A stretch of DNA of 64,000 nt from Octopus vulgaris (GCA_951406725.2 OX597835.1:48174001-48238000), one strand, 5' to 3'. Positions 1-13,870 are shown, counted from the first letter of the stretch. Numbers and translations: made by a program. The notes: generated from the sequence alone by a model not told the origin.

Positions 1-344
1 GACCACAGCCAACAGACTCTCGTCCGTTACTAGCAGCAGTCAGCGATGCCAGCAGCCGACAATTAAGAGACTCTCCAGCAACCGCGTAACAACCCCTTTG
101 CACATGCCCAGGCAGGCAGGCAGGCAGGCACACGTATCCATATAAGACGCGCGGGCGCGCACGGATATAAGAAAAGGGATGGATGAGCATTAACAAAGAC
201 TGTATTTGGCGAGGGAAGAGGGTTTGAGCAGAGGAGTTAATATACTGATATATAGGATGGTAGGGGAGGAGAGTAAGAGAAGGGGAGTAAGGCGAGCAGG
301 GGTTGAGGAAACTGTTGGCAAAGGGGATATTCTTATTTGTACCT

Positions 345-690
345 TTAAGAAGTTTGCTTACCAACCACATGGATCCGGGTACAGTCCCACTGCGTGGCAC
401 CTTCGGCAAGTGTCTTCCACTATAGCCTGGGGCCGACCAAAGCATTGTGAGTGGATTTGGTAAAAGGAAACTGAAAGAAGCCCAACATGTGTGTGCGTGT
501 GTGTGTGTTTGTTCCCCACCACTGCTTGACAAGTGGTGTCAGTGTGTTTACGTCCCCATAACTTGATGGTTCGGCAAGAGAGACCGATAGAATAAGTACA
601 AGGCTTTAAAAATTACTAAATAAAAACCGGAGTTGATTTGTTAGGGAAGTGCTACAAAATGGCCGCAGTGTAATGACTGAAGAAAGTAAA
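345..690 (+). mobile_element. tRNA-head SINE, family S1 (diverged, near full length)
   Basis: Matches the S1 copy at 40309-40720: CCACATGG..GGTNCAGTCCCACTGCGTGGCACCTT..GGCAAGTGTCTT head, internal (TG)n, GAGACCGATAGAATAAGTAC, and tail GGCCGCAG..TGACTGAA. Confidence 0.85.
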
Positions 691-935
691 ATACAAAAGA
701 TATTTCTATATATATATATATGTGTGTGTGTGTATAAATATATATAAATTTGTGTGTATGTATGTATGTATGTATGTATGTATGTATGTATGTATGTATG
801 TATGTATGTATGTATGTATGTATGCAAGTATAAAGAAAGGGAAAAATTGTAGTTGTAGACGATCTTTAATCCATAATCCAGGTTGTACAGATCCAATATA
901 AATTTTACAAATTGTTTCGGAGTTTAATATATATA

Positions 936-980
<45 letters not shown>

Positions 981-1082
981 TGTGTGTAGCGTAGTGTTTC
1001 TTGACGGTAAGATTACCAAAAGAAGTTACTTCATCTGCCGAGAGATAGATATTATTTAATAAACACAAGATATATTTTTATG

Positions 1083-1165
1083 AGCTACTATTAGTTTCAT
1101 GCAAGGTAAACGTCTCAGATATCATTTTTTTACCACGTCCAGTTCCTTCACACAATCCTCAGGCT
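1083..1165 (-). ncRNA. Hammerhead ribozyme motif (type I-like, long stem II)
   Basis: Minus strand reads agc-CTGAGGA-ttgtgtgaagg...ccttgcat-GAAA-cta a tag-TA-gct. Stems I (agc/gct), II and III (cta/tag) can pair. Confidence 0.55.
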
Positions 1166-1179
1166 ATGCCCACAGTGCA

Positions 1180-1410
1180 TTAACAAGCTAACAGAGATCG
1201 AGAGGATGAAAGAAAAAACGAGAAAAGGCGACAAGGGAGTAGGTCTAAAGAGTGGAAGGTTGAAACACCGGAAACGAAAAACAAAACAGAAAAAAGGACA
1301 TGCTTTTTTTTTCTACTTTCGCTTTCGTTTTCCGGTTTTTCAACCTTCCACCTTTTAGATCTCTCTTCTAGTCTTATTTCATTTTTATTTCATGCTATCG
1401 TTTTGTGTTA
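1180..1410. repeat. Imperfect foldback inverted repeat next to the HHR
   Basis: ggtctaaagagtggaaggttgaaacaccggaaacgaaa (~1242-1280) pairs with tttcgttttccggtttttcaaccttccaccttttagatct (~1323-1362). Confidence 0.75.
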
Positions 1411-1470
1411 ACTTCTTATGCCATAAAACCATGTGCTTATCAAATAACATGCATGTATACATAAATAGAT

Positions 1471-1781
1471 GTTGTTGTTGTTTGTTCCTTCTCGAGCCAT
1501 GCCCGGCTCATAAGGGCCGGTTTCCCGGTTTCCTTGGCGTATAGGTTCTCCACCTGGACGGGACGCCGGTCCGTCACATGTGAGCTGCAAGATGCAGGAG
1601 GAAAGAGTAAGAGAAAGTTGTGGTGAAAGAGTCAGAAGAAGTTCGCCATTACCTTCTGCCGGAGCCGTGTGGAACTTAGGTGATTCGCTCATAAACACAC
1701 ACATCGCCCGGTCTAAGATTCGAACCCGCGATCCCTCGACCGCGAGTCCGCTGCTCTAACCACTAGGCCATGTGCCTCCAC
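1471..1781 (-). mobile_element. tRNA-head SINE, family S2 head with tail 'a' and (CAA)n end
   Basis: Head GTGGAGGCACATGGCCTAGTGGTTAGAGC..GGTTCGAATC has A- and B-box-like motifs. The head is shared with 23607-23851, 30660-31040 and 36838-37142. Confidence 0.85.
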
Positions 1782-1858
1782 ACATATAGATAGATAGACG
1801 TAAATATATCACTTGTCAGAAGGACATCTCATTAGACAACACATTCAATACAATGGAA

Positions 1859-2266
1859 TCTATATATATAAAACTCTACTTGTGTGTCTGTGTGTGTATC
1901 TGTGTGTGTGTCTGTGTGTTTAACTTCCCGGCACATCTCCTCCTAGCCAACAAATCGTAGAACCACCGAAAATGGGTCACTTAAAGTTTTGGGCGAATGA
2001 AAATTGAACTGTGCTATTTCTGTTCCGAAATTCATCTCGCAAGGGCAAAAATCGATAATGTGTTTGTTTAGGCCTTATCCCATGCATTGAATAGTGGACT
2101 TTACTCAGTCAGCTGTTTGACGTGAACTGTGTTCACCACGCGTACAAGCATGCGTAAATTGCATGAAAAATAAAAAATCAAGATATAAAAACGAATCGCC
2201 GTAAACATTGTAGAAATTCGGCAAAGAAATGAATTATCGGGATGTAGCCTGGAGGGTTTTTTCGTA

Positions 2267-2315
<49 letters not shown>

Positions 2316-2328
2316 TCATATATATATG

Positions 2329-2391
<63 letters not shown>

Positions 2392-2660
2392 GAATATGAT
2401 AGAAGAAGGCTAACTGTTCCTTCCGTAGAAGAAAAAATTCAAATAGGACCATGTTAACACCAAAAATTATTTACATCAAAAGGTGCCTTTTTTCTATGAA
2501 AATCCCTATTTTTTACGATGTTTTGACTGCTGTGTCGCCATTTTCCGGTGTATTTCACTTAAAGAGAATAAGCTACATACTGCCAAATTTTTACTTTTCA
2601 AAAATTCCAATTCTAAAGGGTCTAAACAAACCGCAACGCCGCGCGATACTGCTGGTATTA
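1859..2660 (+). mobile_element. Possible non-autonomous Helitron-like element(s)
   Basis: 5' TCTATATATATAAAA followed by (GTCT/GT)n. A GC-rich short motif then CTGG-T at ~2631-2657 (ccgcaacgccgcgcgatactgctggt) resembles a decayed hairpin+CTAG 3' end. Confidence 0.35.
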
Positions 2661-2721
2661 TATATAATAAACTATATTTATACATGTATGTGTTCCATAT
2701 ATACTTAGATATTTCATAGAG

Positions 2722-3235
2722 AGTGACTAATAAAGAATGTGTGGTGAGAGGGGTTAAAACTGTGTGGCACATCGTTGGCGAATGCTCGAAACTGGTACAG
2801 CGCGATGACAAAAGACGACATGGAATTTAGTTAGAATGCTCCATTGGGAGATGTGTGGAAACCACAACCGACAAAGAACAAAGAACGTGGTAGGAGCAAA
2901 GCCCAGAAGGAGCTACCGAGAATGAAAACTACAAAATGTTGTGGGACACAATGATTCAGTACGATAACCTGACCAGACATCGGAAACTGGACGTTGTTGT
3001 CGTGAATAAAAAAGAAAGAACATGCATGATAATCAAGAGAAGGAAGAGAAACTGAACAACTCTTACGATTTGAAGCGGGGAAATACGAAGGTGGTGGTCA
3101 ATGAGGAGAGTAGACGTGATACCAAAAGTAATTGGCGAACTTGGAGGTATGAGTACTCAACGACCAGCATTGGTAAAATAAGATTCATACACCTGCGAAG
3201 GTAGAACACCTAAGAAAATCAGCAAAAATTCTTAG
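2722..3235 (+). mobile_element. R4/Dong-like (RLE) non-LTR retrotransposon, decayed C-terminal zinc-knuckle/endonuclease fragment
   Basis: Frameshifted translation: TVWHIVGECSKLVQRDDKRRH..MLHWEMC..PEGATENENYKMLWDTMIQ..DVVVVNKKERTCMII. Confidence 0.8.
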
Positions 3236-3346
3236 CAGGGTTTTTGCAGCATGACCAGTAAAACAAGCGTCATCTTAGGCTGCTGGCTGTCATTCATCAA
3301 AATAAACTGTGCGTTTTCATAAAACAACAACAACAACAACAACAAC

Positions 3347-3801
<455 letters not shown>

Positions 3802-3826
3802 TAATACTAATAATAATAATAATAAT

Positions 3827-4483
3827 ATGTGGAGATGGACAAGAAACAATAAATCATATTATCTCTAGCTGCCCAGTCCTGGCTAAGAAGGAATATATTC
3901 ACAGACATGACAGAGTTGGAACCTACATACATTGGAATCTATGCCAACATTATGGAATAACAACAGAAAAAAGATGGTATAGGCACACACCAGAAAAGGT
4001 CACAGAAAACGAGAAAGCAACCATACTCTGGGATATGCCGATACACACAGATAGAGAAATTAAGGCCAACAGACCAGATATAGTTGTCAGAGACCATGAA
4101 GAAAAAAATGCTTTCTAATTGATGTATCAATACCCACTGATGACAACGTGTCTCTAAAAGAAATGGAGAAACTCTCAAAATACAAAGACCTGGAAATGGA
4201 GGTAACTAGAATGTGGAATCTGAAAACAGAAACAATTCCAATCATAGTAGGTGCATTAGGCATGATAAAAAATATTCAGACAAATACATAACAAAAACAC
4301 CAGGACTTACAAACACATATAACATACAGAAAATTGCACTACTAGGCACTGCACACTTCCTACGCAAAACACTTTCAATACAGTAACCATCAGAGCATCA
4401 CAACAAATCACAGCACATACCCAAGGCACACAGAGCTGCGCTCGGTAGTGAAGTGAAAGCACGCTATAAAAATAAAAATACTG

Positions 4484-4490
<7 letters not shown>
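3827..4490 (+). mobile_element. R4/Dong-like LINE 3' part: zinc knuckle + PD-(D/E)xK endonuclease, two frameshifts
   Basis: CGDGQETINHIISSC..RHDRV..NRPDIVV..LIDVSIP..EKLSKYKDL..PIIVGALG..IQKIALLGTAHFLRKTLSIQ* (stop 4384-4386). (TAA)n on both sides. Confidence 0.92.
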
Positions 4491-4528
<38 letters not shown>

Positions 4529-4530
4529 TA

Positions 4531-4840
4531 TAGTTGAGCGTTTGACGGCAACTGTGCAGATGATTAGCAAAGATATTGGCGTGGAATTTGGGATCGGGAA
4601 ATGTGGTATAATGATTCTCAAAAGAGGGAGAACCAGTAAAAGCCACGGGATCAAGCTGGAAATAGGTGAAACTATAAAGGAAGTCGGCGAGGAAGGATAT
4701 ATGTACCTGGGTATCATTAAAAAAATTAGATTGATAAACACAAGATGAAGGAAATGAATAGTAAAGAGTATATAAGAACTCGGCTTGTGCTCCAATCGAA
4801 GCTAAATGGCCGCTATAAGATTAGAGCAATTAACACGTGG
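4531..4840 (+). mobile_element. R4/Dong-like LINE internal RT C-terminal fragment
   Basis: SKDIGVEFGIGKC..YMYLGI..SKLNGRYKIRAINTW. Confidence 0.85.
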
Positions 4841-4939
4841 TGAGGTTTTAAAAGTGAACGATTTAAGAAAAACCAGAGAGCAGATGAAGAAAATGTAGAA
4901 GGGCAAGGAAATGCATAATCAGTCCTTGAAGAATAAAGA

Positions 4940-5205
4940 TGAGATTGTAGCGGATAACTTGTTCTTTTAAGAACCATATATGACTTGATAATTTGGTAGT
5001 TTTTGTTTCTCCCAGTGTCTGAAGCTTAAGGTGGGATCGTTGAATCTTGCTTTGAAAGTTCTCTCTGTGAGACCCACATATCTCTTTGACGGACCTGTGT
5101 TATTAGCGTTCGTAGAATTTACGGTAGCTTCATAAATAATGGCCTCGGTTATACAGGCTCCATTTAGCGGGCACAAAAGTACTATAATGGCAACTTACAG
5201 ATTGT
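4940..5205 (-). mobile_element. Penelope-like element GIY-YIG endonuclease fragment (different lineage from the 20.7k and 52.4k copies)
   Basis: CPLNGACITEAIIYEATV..RYVGLTERTFKARF..SFRH..(frameshift)TKLSSHIWFLK. Confidence 0.8.
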
Positions 5206-5429
5206 CCTAAAGTATACATATATAAATAATCCTCTATTTACCTAATATCGAGGTCTCATTCTTTTGTTGTCATTTCTTTTTCTTCTTCTTCTTCTTCTTC
5301 TTCTTCTTCTTCTTCTTCTTCTTCTTCTTCTTCTTCTTCTTTTTTCTTCTTCTTCTTCTTCTTCTTCTTCTTTTTCTTCTTCTTCTTCTTCTTCTTCTTG
5401 TCCTTCTCCTAATTATTATCATTATTATA

Positions 5430-5468
<39 letters not shown>

Positions 5469-5560
5469 GTTGTTGTTGTTGTTGTTCTTGTTCTTGTCGT
5501 CGTCGTCATCATCATCAGCATCATCATCATCATCATCATCATTACTATTATTATATATTT

Positions 5561-5593
<33 letters not shown>

Positions 5594-5631
5594 CATACAT
5601 ATATATATGCATATACAAATACATATATACC

Positions 5632-5713
<82 letters not shown>

Positions 5714-5795
5714 CATATATATATATATACACTTATATATATACATATATATAGGCATATTTATATGCATATACACATATATATGTGTGTGTGTG

Positions 5796-6160
5796 CGTTA
5801 TTATTCAGCTTTATTTCAAGATTTCTTGCCAATAAGAAAGAGCCAGTTTCTAACCTATATCCAAGGCTTCTTCATTGGAATTTCAACATCGACAACTGGG
5901 TATTTTTGTATGTATGTATACATGCAGATTTATATATTTTGTTTCATGTATGTATTCTCATGCATATAGTTACATATCTAGACATGTTCATATACATTAA
6001 AATGAGAAACTTCTGGAAAGTTTTACAGATTTTTACAGTTCCAGTGATGGATTTGATCTGTAGTCTTCGAATCAACTTTATTCCTTTCTCGTTTTGAGAA
6101 CCTAATTTCTCAAGATTGCTATTTAGGCAGAGTATTATATATCCCAGGGCCCCATGTACA
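5796..6160 (-). mobile_element. RLE LINE 3' end (second subfamily)
   Basis: [34 protein letters not shown] plus 3'UTR. Homologous to 6426-6945. Confidence 0.75.
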
Positions 6161-6425
6161 TATGTATTCATGCAGGCATGCAGGCATCTCATTAGCTTTA
6201 TTTGTTTCAGTCTTTAGTCTGCGGCCACGCTGGGGTACTCCCTTCGAGTTTTTAGTTGACTTTTTAAAGCCTATTCTATCGATCACTTTTTGTCGAATCG
6301 CTTATTTGCCGTGGGTAAGATGAACAAAACCAAAACCAGTTGTCAAACAATGGTGGGCGTTGGGGGGGGGGTCAATCACAAACACAAAGACATACACATA
6401 TTGACTTTTATATATATATATATAT

Positions 6426-6631
6426 GGCTGCTTCTTGGTAGCGACATTGTAATGAAAAGCATGTTGCTTTGCTCATCATCTTTTAAATCATAGGAAGGTC
6501 TTGCACATATTTATGGTCCCGGATATCCTCATCATTTGTAGCGCATGCATTGAAGAGTTGCATTATCTCTTAAAGAGCACAATTTCAGCCATACTGTACC
6601 CCGGGCGAGTTGGTGCATATCCTGTTACTCC

Positions 6632-6681
<50 letters not shown>

Positions 6682-6945
6682 TAATAATAATATGAAAATG
6701 AACTTATATCTTGGGCACTGAGTTTGCAAACTTCTCATCAATGGCCCATAAATGTTTTCATTCTCTTGCATTTTGTTGACAATATTGGTTTCCTGAAGGC
6801 AGCGGGCAAATGTTTTTGTCATGTGGTCCCACACAACAATTCTAGTCGATTGTGCTTTAATTTGGTGGAATTTATAATTTCTACCAATATCCTTTCGACC
6901 CATTCTCATTGGGTGCATGCTTATGACTGACACTGTACCATAAAA
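6426..6945 (-). mobile_element. RLE LINE C-terminus interrupted by an (ATT)n tract
   Basis: RIVVWD..NIVNKMQENENIYGPLMRSLQ..YKFIF [ATT repeat] IIGVTGYAP..LQMMRISGTINMCKTFL. Confidence 0.7.
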
Positions 6946-8687
6946 TGGACAGTGGATTTCCCACGGTTACTGCGGCAGATTATGATTTAATAGAGATTTT
7001 GGTTGCCATTCCTAGCAAGTCGATTGACCAACCATATAAAGATTAGCTTTCATTGCTCTATCAACAATTATTAATTGTTGATCAACTCTAAATCCGAAGC
7101 AGCTTAGCGGAACCTAAGAAGAAGCAAAAAGTACAAGAGAAAAAATCTGGTAAAATCAGGCATATAATATATGGAGAACAAAGGTCTTTTAGACGCTGTT
7201 TGGTCCTTATCAACTAGCATTCTTCGTTATCAATTAACGCTACCCGCGAATAGCTACAAATCTCAACAATTGTTTAATATTAAAAGAAAGTGAAAACGTA
7301 ACAACAGAAAAAAAAACAAAAATAAGTGGGAGCTACTGTTGCAAGGCAAACATGTCTGTTATCATCATCATCGCCGCAGTTAACAATAACAACGCTGTAA
7401 GATTACTGCACTGAAATAAAATAATGATGCAAAAGAAAAATACAAAATAAAATTAATGTAAAGCAATGCATGATTATTGCAATGGAAGAAAAATATAAAA
7501 CACAATATATAAAGAATCATGCAAATTGCTTCGATAAAAGAAAGAATAATTCAAAATGGCGTCACCAAGATCATAAAGCGTAACAAAAAAATCAACAGCG
7601 AAAAGATTATCAACTGTCGACTGTGGAGATTAGAGAATACCAGTTGAAACAAATAATCGACTGTTACCGCTACACTAAATTAAAACGAAATAAACGAAGA
7701 AACAAGGAAGTAAATATGGAAATAAAATTATAAAATATTTGTTCCCGTATAACAAATTGGAGATCAGTAAAGAACGAGGGTGATATTTTAATTGGGAAAA
7801 AGAGATAAAAAATGTAGGCTGTGGGTCGGGGAGAAACTATTATATTGTTAATGTTAAGACGATAAAAAAGAGATAGAGAGATAGGGGGAGAAGTAGGGAG
7901 AAGAAAGATATGAAGCGGGGGGAGAAAATAGTTTTAAATAGGATCTAGTTACTGTGATCGTTTAGTTGACTCTAAAAAATCGATTGAAACAAGTCAACAG
8001 CACCAACACCACCAAAGCCACCAACATAGAATATCAAAGCAAATATATAAAGAAAGAATTTTATAAACAAACAACGATTTTGGGGGTGAGTTATCAATAT
8101 ACAAACAATTACATTTTCATAAAGCCTGATAAGGAATTCATTTGCCGCACGTATGTATGTGTGTGTGTGTGTATGTAAGTATATATATGTATGTATGAAT
8201 GCATGTATGTGTATATATATATATAGTTTAAATTTACAGAAAAACACAAGATGACAACAAATATATATATGTATGCATGTATGTATGTATGTATGTATGT
8301 ATGTATGTATGTATGTATGTATGTATGTATGTATGTATGTATGTATGTATGTATGTGTGTGTGTGTGTGTATGTGTGTGTGTGTACGTGTAGCGGTTCGG
8401 CAAAATAGACCTATAGAATACGAATCAAGCTTTAAAATGAAACAAGTACGAGAGTCGATTCACTTGACTAAAAAATTCTTCAAGGCTCTACCCCAGCATG
8501 GCCGCCTTCAAATGGCTGAAATAAGTAAAAGAGAAAAATATACATATATATACAACGTAGTTTTTATTGTGCCCATAGAAGAAGATAGTTGCCCAAGGAG
8601 CAACGCAAGGAGATTGAACCTGTGAACACGAGGTTGGAGGCGAACATGTTAATCACACAACAATACAGTTCAATTAATTTATTGCTT

Positions 8688-8890
8688 AAGGCAACGAACT
8701 GGCATAATCGTCAACGCGCCGAGAAATAACGCTTAACGGCATATCATTTGTCTTTACTCTCTGAGTTCAAATTCCGCCGAGGTCCACTTTGCCTTTCAGG
8801 GTCGATAAAATAGGCATTAGTTGAAAACTGGGGTCGATGTCATCGACCCTTCCCCCGAAATTGCTCCACTTGTCCCCAAATTTGAAATGA
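8688..8890 (+). mobile_element. SINE family S3
   Basis: AAGGC..GAACTGGCA.AATCGT..CTGAGTTCAAATTCCGCCGAGGTC.ACTTTGCCTTTCA..GGTCGATAAAAT..CTGGGGTCGATGT. Recurs at least ten times in the window. Confidence 0.8.
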
Positions 8891-9149
8891 AATTAAGTTT
8901 TTGCTTGTAATTCTTCTTACTTCGTAAACGTCGCTGCTACATTTAACATGATGAGCGACCACGTAATGGCAATCCATCACTGGAGCTCTTCCTATTTTCG
9001 CCTATAAGGCCGGTTAGCAAGTTTCCATTTTATACAAATGAACGAGACCACAGCATATTATTTCCTTGAATGAGTCTCCTGCCAGTTTCAAAGTTAAAGG
9101 ATAACAATTTTGAGTGAGAGGAGACAGACTGATTGCATCGATCCCTGTA

Positions 9150-9800
9150 CTTGCCAGAATGAAACGGGATGTTGAATGTGGTAGGATTTGAACATAGAAC
9201 ATAGAGCTGGAAGAGAAATGAAGCTAAGCGTGTTACCCAATGTGCTAAAGACGCTGGCTGCCAGTGCATCGCCTTAGTTCTAATGTATGGTTTAGTGGTA
9301 AATATTGATATCAAATTTTGACACAAGACCAGCAGGTTCAGGGAGCCCTTACATCCGTCATATTGACCCTCAGTGCTTAGCTGGTATTTAGTGCATCGAC
9401 CCCGAAAGAGATGAAAAGTAAAGTTCAACTCGGTGGAATTAGTTTAGTGATTAATATTGGTTTCAAGTTGGTCACAAATTTTGGCGCTGAGTCAGCAAGG
9501 GGCGGGGTCGCTTTTACTGACCCATGTACTCAACCTGAACTTACGTTGTCGCCCCCAAATGGTGAAAGACAAATTCGACATCAGCAGAATTTGAACTCAG
9601 AGCGTTAAAACTGACGAAATACCGCAAACGATTCTGCCAGATCCCTGAAGTATATTAATGACAATAACGGTTTCAAATTTGGGCACAAGGCCAGCAATTT
9701 CGGGGAAGAAGTTTCGTCAGTTACTTCGAACTCAGTGCTCAACTGGTACTTAATTTATCGACAGCAAAAGGGATGAAAGGCAAAGTCGACCCAGACGGGA
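9150..9800 (-). mobile_element. Cluster of 3-4 decayed S3 SINE copies in the same orientation
   Basis: Repeated AAATTTTGGCACAAGGCCAGC / GATGAAAGGCAAAGTCGAC / GAATTTGAACTCAG-like motifs at ~9315, 9410, 9590, 9675 and 9772. Confidence 0.7.
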
Positions 9801-9949
9801 TTATTTTAGCCGTGAATATTGTAATTCTTCCTTTTAGTTTACTGTCATTAGTTTCAATACAAAGATTATTTGTGTTTAAATTCGCCAACCAAATTCACTA
9901 TACATCCAATGAAGCATGTAATATACGACTACATCAAATATCACTATGT

Positions 9950-11060
9950 ACGCATAGTGATATATAAAATATGGACGCATAGTGATATCATATAAAATAT
10001 GGACGCATAGTGATATCATATAAAATATGGACGCATAGTGATATATAAAATATGGACGCATAGTGATATCATATAAAATATGGACGCATAGTGATATCAT
10101 ATAAAATATGGACGCATAGTGATATCATATAAAATATGGACGCATAGTGATATCATATAAAATATGGACGCATAGTGATGTCATAAAAAAATATGGACGC
10201 ATAGTGATATCATATTAAATATGGACGCATAGTGATATCATATAAAATATGGACGCATAGTGATATCATATAAAATATGGACGCATAGTGATGTCATATA
10301 AAATATGGACGCATAGTGATATCATATAAAATATGGACGCATAGTGATGTCATATAAAATATGGACGCATAGTGATGTCATATAATATGGGCGCATAGTG
10401 ATATCATATAAAATATGGACGCATAGTGATATCATATAAAATATGGACGCATAGTGATATCATATAAAATATGGACGCATAGTGATGTCATATAATATGG
10501 GCGCATAGTGATATCATATAAAATATGGACGCATAGTGATATCATATAAAATATGGACGCATAGTGATGTCATATAATATGGACGCATAGTGATATCATA
10601 TAAAATATGGACGCATAGTGATATCATATTAAATATGGACGCATAGTGATGTCATATATAATATGGACGCATAGTGATATCATATAAAATATGGACGCAT
10701 AGTGATATCATATAAAATATGGACGCATAGTGATATCATATGAAATATGGACGCATAGTGATATATAAAATATGGACGCATAGTGATATCATATGAAATA
10801 TGGACGCATAGTGATATATAAAATATGGACGCATAGTGATATCATATAAAATATGGACGCATAGTGATATCATATAAAATATGGACGCATAGTGATATCA
10901 TATAAAATATGGACGCATAGTGATATATGAAATATGGACGCATATAAAATATAATATTGAAGCATAGTGATATTATATCAAATATGGACGCATAGTGATA
11001 TTATATAAAATATGGACGCATGGTGATGTTATATCAAATAACGATGCATAGTGATATATC
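9950..11060 (+). repeat. 28-bp minisatellite, roughly 40 copies
   Basis: Unit ATATAAAATATGGACGCATAGTGATATC with 25-26 bp deletion variants. The array decays at the right edge. Confidence 0.97.
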
Positions 11061-11741
11061 AAACATCACTATGGATTGTCCCATTGGCAACCACGTAAGA
11101 TCGTTTTGTGCAAGTCTTTTCCTTTTACTATAGCACCGAGTCAATGAGATTTTTGTGAATGAATTTGACTGAGAGCATTTATGTATGTAAGTATGCGAAT
11201 ATATATGTATGTGCGTGTTTGTATGTGTGTATCGGTGGGGAATATGTATGTGCATGGATGTATGTACGTGAGCAGATACATATATTTGCATGTAGTTTGC
11301 ACGAATATATGTATGTGTGTTAGCATATACAGAAAATAAGCGAAACACCGGCGCGAGACCGAGTTGAAGGCAGATTTACTTCTGCCTTTTATAGCACGTA
11401 AAGAGAACGGTGTTGTAGGAGTGTACACGGTGTGTGTACTACAGAAGTACAATGCGTAGCTTAAATACTGAGACTGAAAAGCAGGGGCGATTTATGCCTA
11501 CCGAATTCTACAAAAGACTAAAATATTTTTGCATTTTATTCATAGTAATCAGAGTAACCTTCATAATTTTATTGAATTAGGTGCATATTTTGCCATAAAA
11601 GGAAGATGTTGCTATCGATCTATTTTATTCAAGGTAGGCAATGCGGATCAGTTGTCAAGTGAAATTAGAGAATGAGCACACACACACACACACACACACA
11701 CAAACATACACACACACACTCACACACATACACACGCACAC

Positions 11742-11781
<40 letters not shown>

Positions 11782-12410
11782 ACACACATACACACACACA
11801 CACACACAAATATATATATATATATGATGGGCTTCTTTTCAGTTTCCGTCGATGAAATCCACTTAGAAGGATTTTTGTCGGGTCGAGGCAATTGTAGAAG
11901 ACACCTACGGTGCCGAGTAGTGAGACTGAACCTGGTAGCATGTGGCTGAAAAGCAAAGATATCTTACCACACAGCCACGCCTAATCGTAGGTTATCATTT
12001 AAAGGTCACTTCTGCCAATCCGGGTCACTTTTTAAAGTGATGAAAGGGCGGTGGATGTCGTCTCCATTTAGCAAAAGATGTCGCTACATTACGGCTGTCA
12101 AAAGATTTATGAGCAGCAACATCAGAATTCACCGCCGCCACCGCCACCACCACCACCACCACCACCACCACTACCATCCCCGCCATCACCACCATCCCCG
12201 CCATCACTACCACCACCACCACCACTATCACCGCTGCCTCTTTCCACGTCATCACCCCGACTAGCATTAACATCACCATCTCTATGACTACAACAACAAT
12301 ATCAACAAAAATACTTGGATATTAAGAAGTATAGCTGCGATGAAATAAACAACGCCGACGGCGTGTTGTGTCTGTCTGTGCATATGTATGTATGTATATA
12401 TATATGTATG

Positions 12411-12474
<64 letters not shown>

Positions 12475-12873
12475 CAGAGTTTACGAAAAAAAACAAAAGA
12501 CGAAGACAGGTGGTGAACAAAACAAACAGATGTATTAGTATAACGCTCAGGAATAGAAATATATATATATGCATGTATGTGTATACTTGGATACACTCTT
12601 TCTGTGAACAATACAAACACGTATATATATATTGAGGGATACATTTACACGCACGAACTCACACATATATAACGTATATACATACATACAAACAGAAATA
12701 CACATAATACGTGTGTACTTAATAACAGTTTCATTCGGCTCCAAGTCAGGGACCTAACTCGTTGGACATTTAAAATACCCGATGAGTTATTATGAAACTT
12801 CTTGTAAATTTGTTGAGCGCAACTTCCATTTATCCTCTCTTTTACTCAGCCAGTCAGTCACTCATTCCATCAC

Positions 12874-12908
<35 letters not shown>

Positions 12909-13122
12909 CTCATTCAATACCTGGCTGACTCACACACACACACACTCACTCATTCACTCACTCACTCACTCACTCACTCACTCACTCACTCACTCACTCA
13001 CTCACTCACCTCTCTATGTCTATCTATCTATCTATCTATCTATCTGCTGAAAATGTCTTCTCAACTTGTTACTGCAGTTTCACGTGACCCTTCATCAGTC
13101 AGTTGTGATAATACAAAATTTC

Positions 13123-13161
<39 letters not shown>

Positions 13162-13195
13162 GATATATATGTGTGTCTATGCGTGTGTTTCTATG

Positions 13196-13251
<56 letters not shown>

Positions 13252-13869
13252 TATGTGTGTGTGTGTACCTATGTATGTGAGTGTGAGTTTATGCGTGTTA
13301 ATATAAATGCATGAATGAATGCCTGATTGAACGTACGAATGTATTCACGTATTTAATCCCTACACTTGCATGTGTGCTTGTTTGTGTGTGTGTGTGGGTG
13401 TGTGTCTATGTGTCTGTGTGTGTTTGTGTGCATATGTTTGTGCGTATGTGTGCATGTTTGTGCGTATGTGTGCATGTTTGTGCGTATGTGTGTGTTATAA
13501 AAAACACAACTGGAAATGAAAATGGTCCTTGTATGACCGCTACCCCGACTCTAACCCGAACCCTAATTAGCTGGCAAGAGGCCAGCCTATATATTCAGTA
13601 GGTGACGATAGGTCGTGTTCCAGGTTTTGATTTATGGAGAATTACTAAGCGTGTTCGAACGAAGGCCGGGCTTCACTTGAAAGTTCCAGAGAATTCCATA
13701 ATTTACGGCATTAACAGAATAAATACATAAATAAAAAATTCGATGCATAAATTTCCGCGGATGATGATTCGTTGTTGTTGCTGTTGTTGTTGTTTCTGGT
13801 GGTGGTGGTCGCTCTTTTCGTCGTTCCTCTCATTCTTCTTCTTCTTCTTAATCTTCTTCAACGTCACTG

Positions 13870-13870
13870 A

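Noticed and set aside
4940-5205. Selenocysteine-type recoding in a PLE endonuclease
   Set aside because: No in-frame TGA at a cysteine position and no SECIS-like hairpin is visible. The disruptions look like ordinary decay.
9950-11060. CRISPR-like 28-bp repeat array
   Set aside because: The units are head-to-tail with no unique spacers, there are no cas genes, and the context is eukaryotic.
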